A stretch of DNA of 64,000 nucleotides from Candidatus Doudnabacteria bacterium (GTDB lineage Bacteria > Patescibacteriota > Doudnabacteria > UBA920), in the NCBI GenBank assembly GCA_016218585.1, contig JACRDK010000010.1:4974-68973 (forward strand), read 5' to 3'. Both the position numbers and the translations under genes were made by a program. Position 1 is the first letter of the stretch, and every line of letters begins with the position of its first letter. This document shows, piece after piece, positions 9,874-19,565 of the stretch. Below the pieces are notes generated by a model. It was not told the DNA's origin. It ran no database searches and saw only the letters and a list, made by a program, of their open reading frames with translations.

Positions 9874-11250
9874 TCATATAGGTGATATTAATATGGCAAT
9901 GGTTGCAACTCCTACTATAATCATTAGCCCGGTAATTATCCAGCCTAAAGTGCTGGCGGTGCGGCTGTTTACCCGATGATTCATAACTTTTTTGTTGCTG
10001 CTTAACTGAACAATAAGAACCAAAATAACCGGAGCAACCAGCCCATTTAATACGGCGGCGTAGATTAATCCCTTAATCGGATCCAGGCCTAAAAAGTTCA
10101 TTAGCATCCCTAATAGCATGGAGATAATAATCACGCCATAAAATGGATAGGCTTGTTTGAGTTTGCGGTACAAACCCTGCTTCCAGCCCATAGCTTCCGA
10201 CATAGCATAAGCGGTTGAACCGGCCAAAACCGGCACAGCAAGAAGTCCGACGCCGACAATTCCTAAAGTAAAGAGCAGGGAAGCAAAGGGGCCGGCAATG
10301 GGTTTTAAAGCCGCCGCCGCGTCTGCCGCGGTTTTAATGTCGGTAATGCCGTGCTGATAAAGCGCTGTGGCGCAGGTAACTATTATAAAGAACATAGTTA
10401 GGTTGGAAAAAAACATGCCGGACCAAACATCAATCCGCATTTTGGAGATTTCTTCATCTGTGGTTTCCGACTGCCTGAGCTTAATGGAAGTTTTGCCTTC
10501 CATAATTTGTTCTTCCACTTCCTGGGATGTTTGCCAGAAAAATAAATATGGCGAAATTGTAGTGCCCAAAATTCCGCAAATCAGAAAAATTTCATCGCGG
10601 TTAAAATTAATGTGCGGAATAAAGGTATGAAAAACTAAGCTCTTGCCGTTTAAATCAAGAAAAAATGCCGACAGAATATAGGCCAGTAAAACTAAGGCCA
10701 GCCATTTTAAATACTTAGCATATTGGGCGTAGCTGGTAAAAATTTGTAAGACTAAGCTTAAAACTGTAAAAAATATTACCAAAGCGTAAAAGCCCGTTTG
10801 CGGCAACAGCAGCTGGGTGGCTTTGGCCATAGCGCCTAAGTCCGCGCCAATGTTAAAGGTGTTGGCGATAAACAGCAGGGCAGTGCAGACATACAAAACC
10901 CAAGCCGGATAATGGCGGCGAATATTTCCGGCAAGCCCGCGGCCGGTAACCAGGCCAATGCGCGCGCACATTTCCTGGACAATAGCCATAAGCGGAAAAG
11001 AAAAAGCCGCCATCCAAAGAAGGTTAAAAGAATATTGAGCGCCGGTTTGGCTATAAGTGGCAATGCCGGACGGGTCGTCGTCGGCAGCTCCCGTGGTTAA
11101 ACCAGGTCCCAAAGTGGCCCAATAAGCCCCAGCTTTTTTTACCGGTTTATTGTTAACTAATTTTCCGGCCAGTTCTTCGGTTAGTTCCAAAGTTTTTTCT
11201 AAACTTTGAGCCGGAGCGCTGGCAATTTTTTCTATAATTTTAGATGGCAC
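9874..11250 (-). CDS. NRAMP-family divalent metal transporter
   Basis: LGPGLTTGAADDDPSGIATYSQTGA and ILGTTISPY motifs; multiple TMs. Confidence 0.92.
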   Translation of the reverse strand: MPSKIIEKIASAPAQSLEKTLELTEELAGKLVNNKPVKKAGAYWATLGPGLTTGAADDDPSGIATYSQTGAQYSFNLLWMAAFSFPLMAIVQEMCARIGLVTGRGLAGNIRRHYPAWVLYVCTALLFIANTFNIGADLGAMAKATQLLLPQTGFYALVIFFTVLSLVLQIFTSYAQYAKYLKWLALVLLAYILSAFFLDLNGKSLVFHTFIPHINFNRDEIFLICGILGTTISPYLFFWQTSQEVEEQIMEGKTSIKLRQSETTDEEISKMRIDVWSGMFFSNLTMFFIIVTCATALYQHGITDIKTAADAAAALKPIAGPFASLLFTLGIVGVGLLAVPVLAGSTAYAMSEAMGWKQGLYRKLKQAYPFYGVIIISMLLGMLMNFLGLDPIKGLIYAAVLNGLVAPVILVLIVQLSSNKKVMNHRVNSRTASTLGWIITGLMIIVGVATIAILISPI

Positions 11251-11345
11251 TTTTTGTTTCGTTAATGAAACACTCTTACCCTAATAATAGCCTAAAATGG
11301 GTTATTTTTCAATCAAGCTACGCCCTACCACCTAACTCCTACTAA

Positions 11346-12065
11346 CTATTCAACATCTGTAAAGACCATTACTTCTTTAATATTTTGCCAGGCGCAGGCG
11401 GGGAGGACGCTAAATTCATTTTTTCCCGCTAGAGCCTGTTTTAACATTGCGGATTTTTCTTTGCCGCAGGCGTAAACAAAACCAAAGTCAATTAACTTAA
11501 AAAAAGTCGCGGTGGTGGTTAGTCGTTCTGGAAATTTATTTTTTCCCGCGGCGGAATAAGCCGCTACCCAGTTGTCATTTTCAAAAAGTTTATGGAATTT
11601 CCCGGCATCTTCCGGGAAAGGAAAAATTCCGGCGGTGTGGCCGTCCGCTCCCATGCCCAAAGTAGCCATAATTAAACCGTTAGGATTTTCTTCTTTCCAT
11701 TTTTTTAGGTTTGCCTCCCATCTTAAAGCAAGCTGGTCTATGGTTTCCGCCGGCCTGGGCAGGGTGCCAAAAAAACTTACGTCTACATTTAAAGCCAGCT
11801 GGTAAAAGTCATGCTTTTGCAATTGGGAGAAATTGTTTATGCTTGGATCTTCGGAAAAGCGTTCGTCTAAAACCGACACGGTTAAATTCTCGCCGAGAGA
11901 GGTTTGGCCAATATAATCCAAAACGGAGAGCGCGGAACCGCCGGACAGTAAAAGCAGAATCGGAGTTTTTTTATTTTCCGCCAAATAGTTGTTTAAATAT
12001 TCGCCGGCCTCAGCCGCCGCCGCTTCTTTGTCTGCCTGTTTAAATATTTGAAAGGTGTTATTCAT
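11346..12065 (-). CDS. 6-phosphogluconolactonase / glucosamine-6-P isomerase family protein
   Basis: LLLSGGS, DER, LGMGADGHTAG motifs; ATG at 12065 preferred. Confidence 0.8.
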   Translation of the reverse strand: MNNTFQIFKQADKEAAAAEAGEYLNNYLAENKKTPILLLLSGGSALSVLDYIGQTSLGENLTVSVLDERFSEDPSINNFSQLQKHDFYQLALNVDVSFFGTLPRPAETIDQLALRWEANLKKWKEENPNGLIMATLGMGADGHTAGIFPFPEDAGKFHKLFENDNWVAAYSAAGKNKFPERLTTTATFFKLIDFGFVYACGKEKSAMLKQALAGKNEFSVLPACAWQNIKEVMVFTDVE

Positions 12066-12103
12066 AAGAGTTAACAATAAGGTTTTTTATGGCGTTATCC
12101 TAA

Positions 12104-12147
12104 TTCCGATTTATCACGTGGTTCGCGAACTACGTGATTTATCGGAA
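12104..12147. repeat. 44-bp imperfect palindrome centred on GTTCGCGAAC
   Basis: TTCCGATTTATCACGTGGTTCGCGAACTACGTGATTTATCGGAA. Confidence 0.75.
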
Positions 12148-12256
12148 GAAGGATTGCATAAAGTTATTTTTAGATATTCTTAAGCATTAGTAAATCCATT
12201 TTACCTAAAAGTCCTAAAAAATGCTAATATTAAAAAGCGCCCCAATAAGGGGCGCT

Positions 12257-12300
12257 CTACTATCTACAAACTACCGCCTACAAACTACAAACTAGCTAAC
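12257..12300. repeat. Heptamer tandem tract (CTACAAA-like)
   Basis: CTACTATCTACAAACTACCGCCTACAAACTACAAACTAGCTAAC. Confidence 0.65.
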
Positions 12301-12942
12301 CTGTTCCTTCCTGTAAGCCCAGTAGGAATAACCAAACGTGCCAATTACCATTATCGCGACTCCGAGCAGTAAAATTGAAAGTCCGAAAACTTTAGGCAAA
12401 AAAGGCGATAAGATAATCATCAGGCCATAGAAAATAAATGCATAGCCGCCAACCCGGTGAGTTTTGTTCCAAACATTTTCGGAGGACATTGTCCACGGAG
12501 TGCGAATGCCCATAAACCAGTTTGGTTTAATCTTTCCCATATAGTTGCCAATAACAATTAGCAGCAAGCCAACCAGAGTTGGGACAACGTATTGAATTTT
12601 TATGTTATATCCCAGGTTATAAAATCCGGCAGCTAACATAACTACAAAGAGCACTAACAAAATTAAATTTTTGAATTTGCGGTATACGCCTAAAAATTCT
12701 GGATAGCGGTCTTTGCGCGGATCTATTTGCGGCAAAAAAGTAAATAACAAATACATGCCGGTAAGCAAGCCTGGAATGCCCCAGGCGTTGGTGGATTTGC
12801 TGCCCCAGGCATCAGGAGTGCCGTTAAAGTTCCAGTGGGTAACTACCGTGGCCGGGAAGTGTTGGTAAAAGTACCATCCTGCGGCCCAAGCTAAGCCGAG
12901 GATTAATAAAGAGAAAAGCTCTTTTTTAAGTTCGTATTTCAT
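12292..12942 (-). CDS. sdpI: SdpI-family immunity membrane protein (DUF1648 + SdpI)
   Basis: THWNFNGTPDAWGSK, PNWFMGIRTPWT, VWNKTHRVGG; downstream of an ArsR gene. Confidence 0.88.
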   Translation of the reverse strand: MKYELKKELFSLLILGLAWAAGWYFYQHFPATVVTHWNFNGTPDAWGSKSTNAWGIPGLLTGMYLLFTFLPQIDPRKDRYPEFLGVYRKFKNLILLVLFVVMLAAGFYNLGYNIKIQYVVPTLVGLLLIVIGNYMGKIKPNWFMGIRTPWTMSSENVWNKTHRVGGYAFIFYGLMIILSPFLPKVFGLSILLLGVAIMVIGTFGYSYWAYRKEQVS

Positions 12943-12949
12943 ATGTTTT

Positions 12950-13032
12950 CCACAAATTCACTAATAGCACGAATAACACGAATAACACGAAATTATTATT
13001 AGTAAAATTAGCGATTATTCGTGAATTAGTGG
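12950..13032. repeat. Inverted-repeat element built from CACGAAT/CACTAAT units
   Basis: CCACAAATTCACTAATAGCACGAATAACACGAAT ... ATTAGCGATTATTCGTGAATTAGTGG. Confidence 0.8.
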
Positions 13033-13100
13033 GTTGTTAATTATTTTTTAATTGTTAAAACGTTAGTATGATAAAATGTTTAGATGCAGAATAACTTTCT

Positions 13101-13200
13101 TTCGGAGCATTTGGATTGCGTTCCATTCGTTGTTTTCGGATTAGCAGTTGTTAGTTTTTTAGGAGCATTCGGATTGTCCCAATCTGTAGTATTCGGATCG
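13101..13200. repeat. Two tandem half-elements of the ATTCGGA family
   Basis: TTCGGAGCATTTGGATT...TTCGGATT and TAGGAGCATTCGGATT...ATTCGGATCG resemble the right arms at 9153-9191 and 50833-50850. Confidence 0.65.
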
Positions 13201-13203
13201 GTT

Positions 13204-13473
13204 CTACTTTTTAAGATTAAAGAACTTTATTATTTTTTCACTCACGTCTTCAAATACGCTCAAATTTAAGTTATAAATAATTCTTTGCCCGTCCCTGCGG
13301 GAAGAAACCAGTCCGGCGCGTTTTAAAATGTCTAAGTGGTGCGAGAGGGTAGGGAGGGTAATATTTAAATAGCTGGCGATTTCCGACACGGGCATTTCCC
13401 GTTTTTTTAACGCGTCCAGAATTTTTTGGCGGTTTGGGTCAGACAGCGCGGCAAAAGTTTGTGATAGAGACAT
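13204..13473 (-). CDS. sdpR: ArsR/SmtB-family repressor (SdpR-like)
   Basis: FAALSDPNRQKIL...PTLSHHLDILKRAGLV...YNLNLSVFED; upstream of sdpI. Confidence 0.85.
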   Translation of the reverse strand: MSLSQTFAALSDPNRQKILDALKKREMPVSEIASYLNITLPTLSHHLDILKRAGLVSSRRDGQRIIYNLNLSVFEDVSEKIIKFFNLKK

Positions 13474-13523
13474 AAAAAATGAATAATGTAGTCTGCCCAT
13501 TTATGGGCCGCATTAATATTTGT

Positions 13524-13547
13524 ATATTTAGATGACTATCTAAATAT
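13524..13547. promoter_or_regulatory. Probable SdpR/ArsR operator
   Basis: Perfect inverted repeat ATATTTAGAT-GACT-ATCTAAATAT just upstream of sdpR. Confidence 0.7.
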
Positions 13548-13614
13548 TATACCTTTTTAAATAACTTGTCAAATGGCTTAAAAAGCAGTAGAATTCGGCC
13601 ATAAGGAGGCTAGT

Positions 13615-14163
13615 GTGAATCCCAAAGAATCTAATAGTGGTCTAAGGTTGGTGCCAGCCCGCACCTATGCGGAAAGCCGAATTGAACAGGCTGAGCAATG
13701 CGCGGACGCAAATGACTTTCTGGGCGCATTGAAAGCGTACCGCGACTATCTGCGGGTTAACCGGCGCAAGGCCGAAGTCTGGAGCAATATTGGCTGCTGT
13801 TTGATGTCGCTGGAGAGGTTGAACAGCGCCAAGCGTTGCCTTATGGTGGCTTGCAGGCTGGAGAAGCATAGTTTGTACTTCTCCTATCTGGGCTTCTGCT
13901 ATATGCAGATGAACGACATTAAGCGGGCAATTCAGTGCTATCGAATTTCCGTAAGGATATATGAAGGCAACACCGACTCGCTGAACATGTTGTTTCTGTT
14001 GTTAATTGGCGCGGGTCGTGAACAAGAAGCTGTTGCGGCAGCCGGAAAATTGCTGGAGCAGATGGACCCGAAGTCAGAGAAGTATAGCAACTTTCTCGCC
14101 GACCTCACGGCGTACGGGTTGAACCCGGTAATTTCTTTGGTCAGCAAGCAAGCAGCGCCTTAG
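13615..14163 (+). CDS. TPR-repeat protein (ORFan cassette)
   Basis: AEVWSNIG, YLGFCY...AIQCY TPR patterns; AAGGAGG SD, GTG start. Confidence 0.75.
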   Translation: MNPKESNSGLRLVPARTYAESRIEQAEQCADANDFLGALKAYRDYLRVNRRKAEVWSNIGCCLMSLERLNSAKRCLMVACRLEKHSLYFSYLGFCYMQMNDIKRAIQCYRISVRIYEGNTDSLNMLFLLLIGAGREQEAVAAAGKLLEQMDPKSEKYSNFLADLTAYGLNPVISLVSKQAAP

Positions 14164-14188
14164 CCGGTAACGGCAAAGGCGCTGCTTT
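14150..14188. terminator. Bidirectional terminator between convergent ORFans
   Basis: AAGCAGCGCCTT...AAGGCGCTGCTT. Confidence 0.7.
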
Positions 14189-14773
14189 CAAATTAAAAAA
14201 GCGGCCCCGGGGTTAGCGGGGCCGAAAGTTGAGTTCATCGCGCAGGCGATTAACTTTGCAAAATAATTGCAGCGCGCAACCACAAGCCCATAAGGAGAGG
14301 TTAAGCGCTCTGAAAGTATTTCGCAAATTGCCACCAGCCTGTGGCTGTAGTTGAGGCTGAAGGCAAAAGTTATATCTGCCAATACGCTGCCTAAAGCTGC
14401 GCCTTGTCCGCGGTCTCCCAAAAGTCTCGGAAGAAGCCAGATTAGAAACAGGCGGATGGCGCTGTCCAGTCCTTCTACTATGACAAGCTGTTTTAAAGTC
14501 TCTCTGGACTCTTTAAAGATCTTGTCATTAGCAGGAAGATATCGGTCACAGAACTTCGCGGTTGCATAGTATCCGCCATTCTCAAACGCCCAGCACAGGG
14601 CGACCATGAGAATTTCGGATATTTGCCAGTATCTCTCCGCGCCAGCTGCCGCAAAAGCAGCCAGAGTGGAGACGCCGTAGGGTAAACCCCACTTGAGCAA
14701 CCATCTAAAGGCGAGGCTAAATATACCCCCTCGCGGTTAGCGTAAAACGGCCCGCTCTTTGGGCCACAGGCAT
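14188..14773 (-). pseudogene. Membrane protein, possibly frameshifted near its 5' end
   Basis: The AAGGAGG-ATG at 14773 is one nt out of frame with the 14188-14700 ORF; removing one G from the G5 run gives a continuous MPVAQRAGRFTLTARGIFSLAFRWLLKWG. Confidence 0.5.
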
Positions 14774-14826
14774 AAAAAATGCCTCCTTATTTCAGGATAG
14801 CTTTATTTTACCACAAAAATGACATC

Positions 14827-14920
14827 AATATCTAATATCTAATATCAAGTCACTAGCAACTCGCCACCTGCCACCCCGTACTATCTATAATCTACCAACT
14901 ACACCCTACACCCTACAAAC
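14827..14920. repeat. Mosaic heptamer tract (AATATCT, CTAGCAA, CTACACC)
   Basis: AATATCTAATATCTAATATC...CTACACCCTACACCCTACAAAC. Confidence 0.7.
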
Positions 14921-14932
14921 TGCCCCCTATTG

Positions 14933-15805
14933 TTAGTGCTCATGCGGCGGGCAGATTTCCGTTTCCGCTTCAATGGTGCAATGGTTAATGTTATATTTTT
15001 GTTTCAATTGTTCTTTAATTTGTTTTATTAAAGAAACGTTCTGCTTAAAGTCGTAAACGTTAGGAATAATGTGGCAGTTTAAAGCGACTTTTTGCGAAGC
15101 AATGGACCATATGTGCAAATCGTGCACGCTTTGCACTCCCGGCATGGCGGCAATAAAAGCATTAACATCTTTAAAGTTTAAATTTTCCGGCACGCCCTCA
15201 AGCAATATATGCACGGCTTCATAAATAATTTGCCAGCTGCCGTAAATAAGCATGGCGGCAATAACCAAACTGATAATCGGATCCGCAACAGTTTTGCCGG
15301 TAAGCAGAATTACCAACCCTGCGGCCATGGCCCCAACGGACACGGCGGCGTCAAAAGCCATATTCAAAAACACGCCGCGCAAATTAAGGTTGTCGCGGTT
15401 TTTTAAAAACATTAAAGCCACAATGCCGTTTACCAGCACGCCAATGCCGGCAACTAAAATTACCACGCCGCCTTTAACCGGCTGTGGCTCAACAATTTTT
15501 AAGTAGGCTTCGTAAATAATGTAAGCGGCAACCAAAATTAAAATAATGCTGTTGGCCAAAGCGGTTAAAATTGTGGCTTTGCCGTAGCCAAAAGTATGTT
15601 CTTCGGTTGCCGGGCGTTTGGCAAATTTTTGTCCGGCCCAGGCAATTAAAATACTTAAAGAATCGGTAAGGTTATGCGCGGCATCGGACACTAAAGCCAA
15701 GCTGCCGGAAAATAATCCGACAAAAATTTCCAAAAAAGCAAACCCGGTATTTATTACAAAACTGAGCTTGAGCTTGTTGTTGGTTTGTTGGTCCGCGGAA
15801 TTCAT
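14933..15805 (-). CDS. Cation diffusion facilitator (CzcD/ZitB-like)
   Basis: SLALVSDAAHNLTD, HTFGYGK, VHDLHIW, HCTIE. Confidence 0.93.
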   Translation of the reverse strand: MNSADQQTNNKLKLSFVINTGFAFLEIFVGLFSGSLALVSDAAHNLTDSLSILIAWAGQKFAKRPATEEHTFGYGKATILTALANSIILILVAAYIIYEAYLKIVEPQPVKGGVVILVAGIGVLVNGIVALMFLKNRDNLNLRGVFLNMAFDAAVSVGAMAAGLVILLTGKTVADPIISLVIAAMLIYGSWQIIYEAVHILLEGVPENLNFKDVNAFIAAMPGVQSVHDLHIWSIASQKVALNCHIIPNVYDFKQNVSLIKQIKEQLKQKYNINHCTIEAETEICPPHEH

Positions 15806-15838
15806 CGGCTTAATTATACCAAAAATAAAAAGTTTTTT

Positions 15839-16543
15839 CTAACGTTCAGAAACGGTAAACGGATTAAAGTTAGTATTTTTGTCGTAGTAATCTTCCTGCT
15901 CGGTTCGCTTTAAGAAGTTAATAACTTTGTAGGTAAGCGGCGTGGCTAAAATTTCATATAAAACTTTAAACACGTAAATCGTGCCGATTAAATTAAGCAG
16001 AGCGAGTAGCGGCATAGTGCCGTAAAAAGCGGCAAAGCTAAAGACTATAGAGTCTACGCCTTCGCCGACAATGGTTGAGCCAATGGTGCGGCTCCATAAC
16101 TGCCTGCCTTTGGTCCAGACTTTCATTTTGGCTAAAATGTAAGAGTTGGAAAATTCTCCGGCCCAGTAGGCGAGCATGCTGGCCAGCACCAGGCGCGGCA
16201 CAAAGCCTAATACGGCTTCGTAAGCCGATTGGTTGGGCCAATCTATCGCTGAGGGTAAATATTGCACCGCGGCCAAAGTTAAGGCCATTACAGCCAAACA
16301 TAAAAAGCCGGTCCAAATAATCCGTCTGGATTTTTTGTAGCCGTAAACCTCGGTTAATACGTCGCCAAAAATATAGGAAATGGGGAAAAGAATGGTGCCG
16401 CCGTCAAAGTTAAAACCGGCCACAGAAGCCACTTTGGCCGAAGCAATATTGGAAATAATCAGCACTGCCACAAACAGGGCGCCAATAACATCGTAATATT
16501 TAAAATTGGTTTTAGCTGGTATTTCGCCTAAAGAATCTTGCAT
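15839..16543 (-). CDS. yhhQ: Queuosine precursor transporter (YhhQ/VUT family)
   Basis: FPISYIFGDVLTEVYGYK, RTIGSTIVGEGVDS, TNFNPF. Confidence 0.9.
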   Translation of the reverse strand: MQDSLGEIPAKTNFKYYDVIGALFVAVLIISNIASAKVASVAGFNFDGGTILFPISYIFGDVLTEVYGYKKSRRIIWTGFLCLAVMALTLAAVQYLPSAIDWPNQSAYEAVLGFVPRLVLASMLAYWAGEFSNSYILAKMKVWTKGRQLWSRTIGSTIVGEGVDSIVFSFAAFYGTMPLLALLNLIGTIYVFKVLYEILATPLTYKVINFLKRTEQEDYYDKNTNFNPFTVSER

Positions 16544-16656
16544 AGGTAATTTATGTTAATAAGATAATGCGATAATTATAGCATAAAAAACACCCCGCCC
16601 TTTCACAAGAAAGGGGTGGGGTGTTTGGCAGTTAATTATTAAATATTCTCTAAAGA

Positions 16657-17346
16657 TTAATTTTGGACTTTTCCAATTTGCGGCATTTGTCCGTCCATAA
16701 TATGTTTTGCGGTAATTTGGCTGCCATTCTTTTCGCCGGCAACCATTAGCGTATCGCCAACCGCAATATCAGAAACGGAAATTGTGGAAATTTTGTTAAC
16801 CGCCGCGGCGGAGGCTTCCACGGTGTAGGTTGCGCCGTCTTTTCCGGTTAGGGTAATAGTATTACCGCTAACAGAAGAGACAGTTCCTACGGTGCCCATA
16901 GCCCCATGCATTTGTCCACGGCCAAAGCCTTTACCCATTTGTCCGTCCGTAATTTTAGTGGCAACAATATTATTGCCGGAGACTGTTCCTTGGACCATTA
17001 CGTGGTCGCCGACTTTAATGTCGGCAATAGTAATAGTGGTCGGAGTCGGCGGGGTCAATTTGCCGGTTGAGATCGAGCTGCTTTCAAACTTTTCTAAAGC
17101 CGCGGCCGAAGCATCTACCGTAAAAGAAGTGTTAGTGCGACTGTCAGTTACGGTTAAAGTGCTTCCGGAAATGGCGGTAACTTGCCCGGCTGCCGCCGGT
17201 TTTACAAATTGCCTCATCCCATTTTGGCTGTTGTCATTAGTTGTTGAGCTGTTGTCCGCCTTGGTTTGCAGGGCAACGGTTCCGGCTGTGCCGGCGGCTA
17301 ACCCCAAAATGCTAAAAAGTACGGCTGTTTTTTTGGATATATTCAT
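16657..17346 (-). CDS. Secreted protein with two DUF5666-like beta repeats
   Basis: Signal peptide; duplicated G.VTAISG.TLT...DIKVGD.VMV.G...ATKI.DG. Confidence 0.75.
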   Translation of the reverse strand: MNISKKTAVLFSILGLAAGTAGTVALQTKADNSSTTNDNSQNGMRQFVKPAAAGQVTAISGSTLTVTDSRTNTSFTVDASAAALEKFESSSISTGKLTPPTPTTITIADIKVGDHVMVQGTVSGNNIVATKITDGQMGKGFGRGQMHGAMGTVGTVSSVSGNTITLTGKDGATYTVEASAAAVNKISTISVSDIAVGDTLMVAGEKNGSQITAKHIMDGQMPQIGKVQN

Positions 17347-17686
17347 TCATTGTTCCTTTACGTAAAATAGTTAATTGTTAGTTGCGACCTTTTTCCCGGC
17401 CAAATATTTTTTGCTTTGTTGTTGCTTGCCCTTTAATTTTGTACAAAGGGGACGCGGCAACATTAATTTTTTTACTCCCTCCGTAAGTTTTGGCTGGGTG
17501 TATATAATACTGCATTGGGTTTGCAATTTGGTTCACAAAATTTTGCATTGCCCGTAACTAAGATAAAAAATAAAAAATTCCCCTTTGCCGGTAAACAAAC
17601 TTGTGGCTTAACTAATTTTTATAGGCAAACAAAAAACCGCCCCGTTGTTTCTTGCGAAAGCAGGGCGGTTTTTTTAAAAGCAAAAA

Positions 17687-17884
17687 TTATGCTCTTTGTA
17701 CGTTGACGGCATTAGGACCTTTTGGAGAATCTTCAACTTCAAAGGAGACTTGGTCGCCTTCGTTGAGTTCGTCAAAAGTAACGCCGACAAGGGACTTGCT
17801 GTTGAAAAATAAATCTTTTTCCTGGCCAGCAACAGAAATAAAGCCGAAGCCTTTGTCTGTTTTCTTTTTGATTACACCTGTCAT
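17687..17884 (-). CDS. cspA: Cold-shock protein
   Basis: KGFGFI RNP1, DLFF, KGPNAVNV. Confidence 0.95.
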   Translation of the reverse strand: MTGVIKKKTDKGFGFISVAGQEKDLFFNSKSLVGVTFDELNEGDQVSFEVEDSPKGPNAVNVQRA

Positions 17885-18191
17885 ATGTTTTTAGAATAGT
17901 TTAAGTTTGTAAGAAAATATATTTGTGAAATTCGACTACTTTTCTAAATGTATCTTATGTCATAAGTATGACACGGATGGCAAATAAAAGCAAACCCCCG
18001 GGGTGAATGTTTTTATATTAGTCAAATTAATGTTTTTTGCCTTAATTAAGGGTTATAATTTAGCCTAAGTTCATTGTGTTTATAGTTGTTTACTGCTAAG
18101 CTTAACCCATAGGCTTTCATATCCATTGAAGCCACTGACAATTTAATACTGTGCTTCTTTAGGATATAGGCAGTACAGCGAAGGGTAGTTT

Positions 18192-18299
18192 ATGTCAGAT
18201 CAACCAGATCCTACATCCACTCCAGTTACACCAGCGCCTACTGCGCCAGTTGAAACAAAGCCAGCAGAAGCCACGCCGGAAACTCCGGCCGCTATGTAA
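18192..18299 (+). CDS. Small Pro/Thr-rich peptide, 35 aa, paralog of 22675-22779 (not in ORF track)
   Basis: MSDQPDPTSTPVTPAPTAPVETKPAEATPETPAAM; GAAGGG upstream, terminator at 18312-18349. Confidence 0.65.
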   Translation: MSDQPDPTSTPVTPAPTAPVETKPAEATPETPAAM

Positions 18300-18368
18300 G
18301 CTTGCCGTTTTAAACCTTCCAGTCGAGGAATCGATAGGAAGGTTTTTTTAATGTCCGCGCCCCGCCTG

Positions 18369-18617
18369 TTACTTCCTTATAAATTTCACAATTGCAATTA
18401 AAACCACGGCGCCGAGTATGGCAACCAGGAAGCTATAAAGGTTAAAGCCGGTTACTCCGCTTTTGCCTAACTGGCTCATTATCCAGCCGCCAATAACCGC
18501 CCCGACTATGCCGACAATAATGTTAAGCAGCGCGCCCTGCTGGGCGTCGGTGTTCATTATCATAGAAGCAATCCAGCCTGCCAATGCTCCAAATACTATC
18601 CAAAGAATAATTCCCAT
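18369..18617 (-). CDS. GlsB/YeaQ/YmgE-family stress membrane protein
   Basis: IILWIVFGALAGWIAS...NIIVGIVGAVIGG...GFNLYSFLVAILGAVVL. Confidence 0.92.
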   Translation of the reverse strand: MGIILWIVFGALAGWIASMIMNTDAQQGALLNIIVGIVGAVIGGWIMSQLGKSGVTGFNLYSFLVAILGAVVLIAIVKFIRK

Positions 18618-18657
18618 AAAGTTTTTGTTTAATTAATTAAGTCAGGCTAAAGTTAAT

Positions 18658-18801
18658 TTACTCCAGCTCCTCAGCTTTTTCTTTTTCTTCTTTTGCCAGC
18701 TCCTCGTGCTCTTCGACTGCTCGCTCATGCAGCCGTTCGTTATTTTCAGTAGACTCTCTGGCCTGTTCGTCAGAGGCGGCAATTTCTTCGTCCGAGATCA
18801 T
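18658..18801 (-). CDS. Small acidic coiled-coil peptide, 47 aa (not in ORF track)
   Basis: GGAGGG SD; MISDEEIAASDEQARESTENNERLHERAVEEHEELAKEEKEKAEELE. Confidence 0.6.
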   Translation of the reverse strand: MISDEEIAASDEQARESTENNERLHERAVEEHEELAKEEKEKAEELE

Positions 18802-18836
18802 AAACCCTCCATTTATAGTTTAATATTTAAATTAAA

Positions 18837-19124
18837 CTATTTAATAATTTTGCGTAAATATTTAACTTGCCGGTAAAGTTTTATTGAATAAATGGCAATT
18901 ATAGCTCCGGCTATGTCTACGCCAATGCTTAAGGCGCTTACCCCTACAATGTTGCGCCAGGGAAAATAATTCATTACGTACCCGTACGACATTAGCGAGC
19001 TCGCCAGCGCAGCGCCTGCAGCACCAACACCCGCGGTCTTCCAACTGCTAAAACCGGTTTTGCTGAAATTTGCGGCTATGAGCCCAATAACTCCGCCAAT
19101 CATTATAACCAAAATTAAACTCAT
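18837..19124 (-). CDS. Small membrane protein, divergent GlsB-like
   Basis: IGGVIGLIA...GVGAAGA...IAGAII pattern, 3 TMs. Confidence 0.6.
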   Translation of the reverse strand: MSLILVIMIGGVIGLIAANFSKTGFSSWKTAGVGAAGAALASSLMSYGYVMNYFPWRNIVGVSALSIGVDIAGAIIAIYSIKLYRQVKYLRKIIK

Positions 19125-19147
19125 AAATTTGCCCCTAAAATAATTGG

Positions 19148-19504
19148 TTACTTATCTTGGTTATCCAGTTTAACCGCGGCTTCCGGCGTGGACACTGTTT
19201 TGCCCATAACAAAAGCGCGAGCTATGGCCACGGCAATTAGCCAGTAGACCAGCATGGCCAGAATGGTTGTCCATTCAAACACGCTGCCTTCAATTTTGGA
19301 AATTTTGAATACGCTTAAAAATGGCGAGACAAAGGGCTGGGTAATGCCGTAAATTAAGTCGGTAAATCCGGCGTTAGGGTTGGCGCCAAGCAGCTTGAGA
19401 ATAAACCGAAAGGCCAAGATTGCCTCTAAGAAAGCTAAAATATACCAGACAATTTGCGTTCCCCGGTACAAAGGTTTGGTGCTGGGAGAGTTATATGAAT
19501 CCAT
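19148..19504 (-). CDS. YggT-family membrane protein
   Basis: RFILKLLGANPNAGFTDLIYGITQPFVSPF; AAGGA before ATG 19504. Confidence 0.8.
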   Translation of the reverse strand: MDSYNSPSTKPLYRGTQIVWYILAFLEAILAFRFILKLLGANPNAGFTDLIYGITQPFVSPFLSVFKISKIEGSVFEWTTILAMLVYWLIAVAIARAFVMGKTVSTPEAAVKLDNQDK

Positions 19505-19565
19505 AAATATTTTTCCTTTAATTAAGACCTTTATAATTTTTAGCCTGATTTTTAAGGGCATAAAA

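Noticed and set aside
16544-16656. preQ1 riboswitch upstream of yhhQ
   Set aside because: No preQ1 consensus seen; only the terminator of the upstream gene and a short AT-rich leader
17373-17465. 30-aa basic ORF or hairpin upstream of the DUF5666 gene
   Set aside because: Has a GGAG upstream but no other support; cannot distinguish it from a leader
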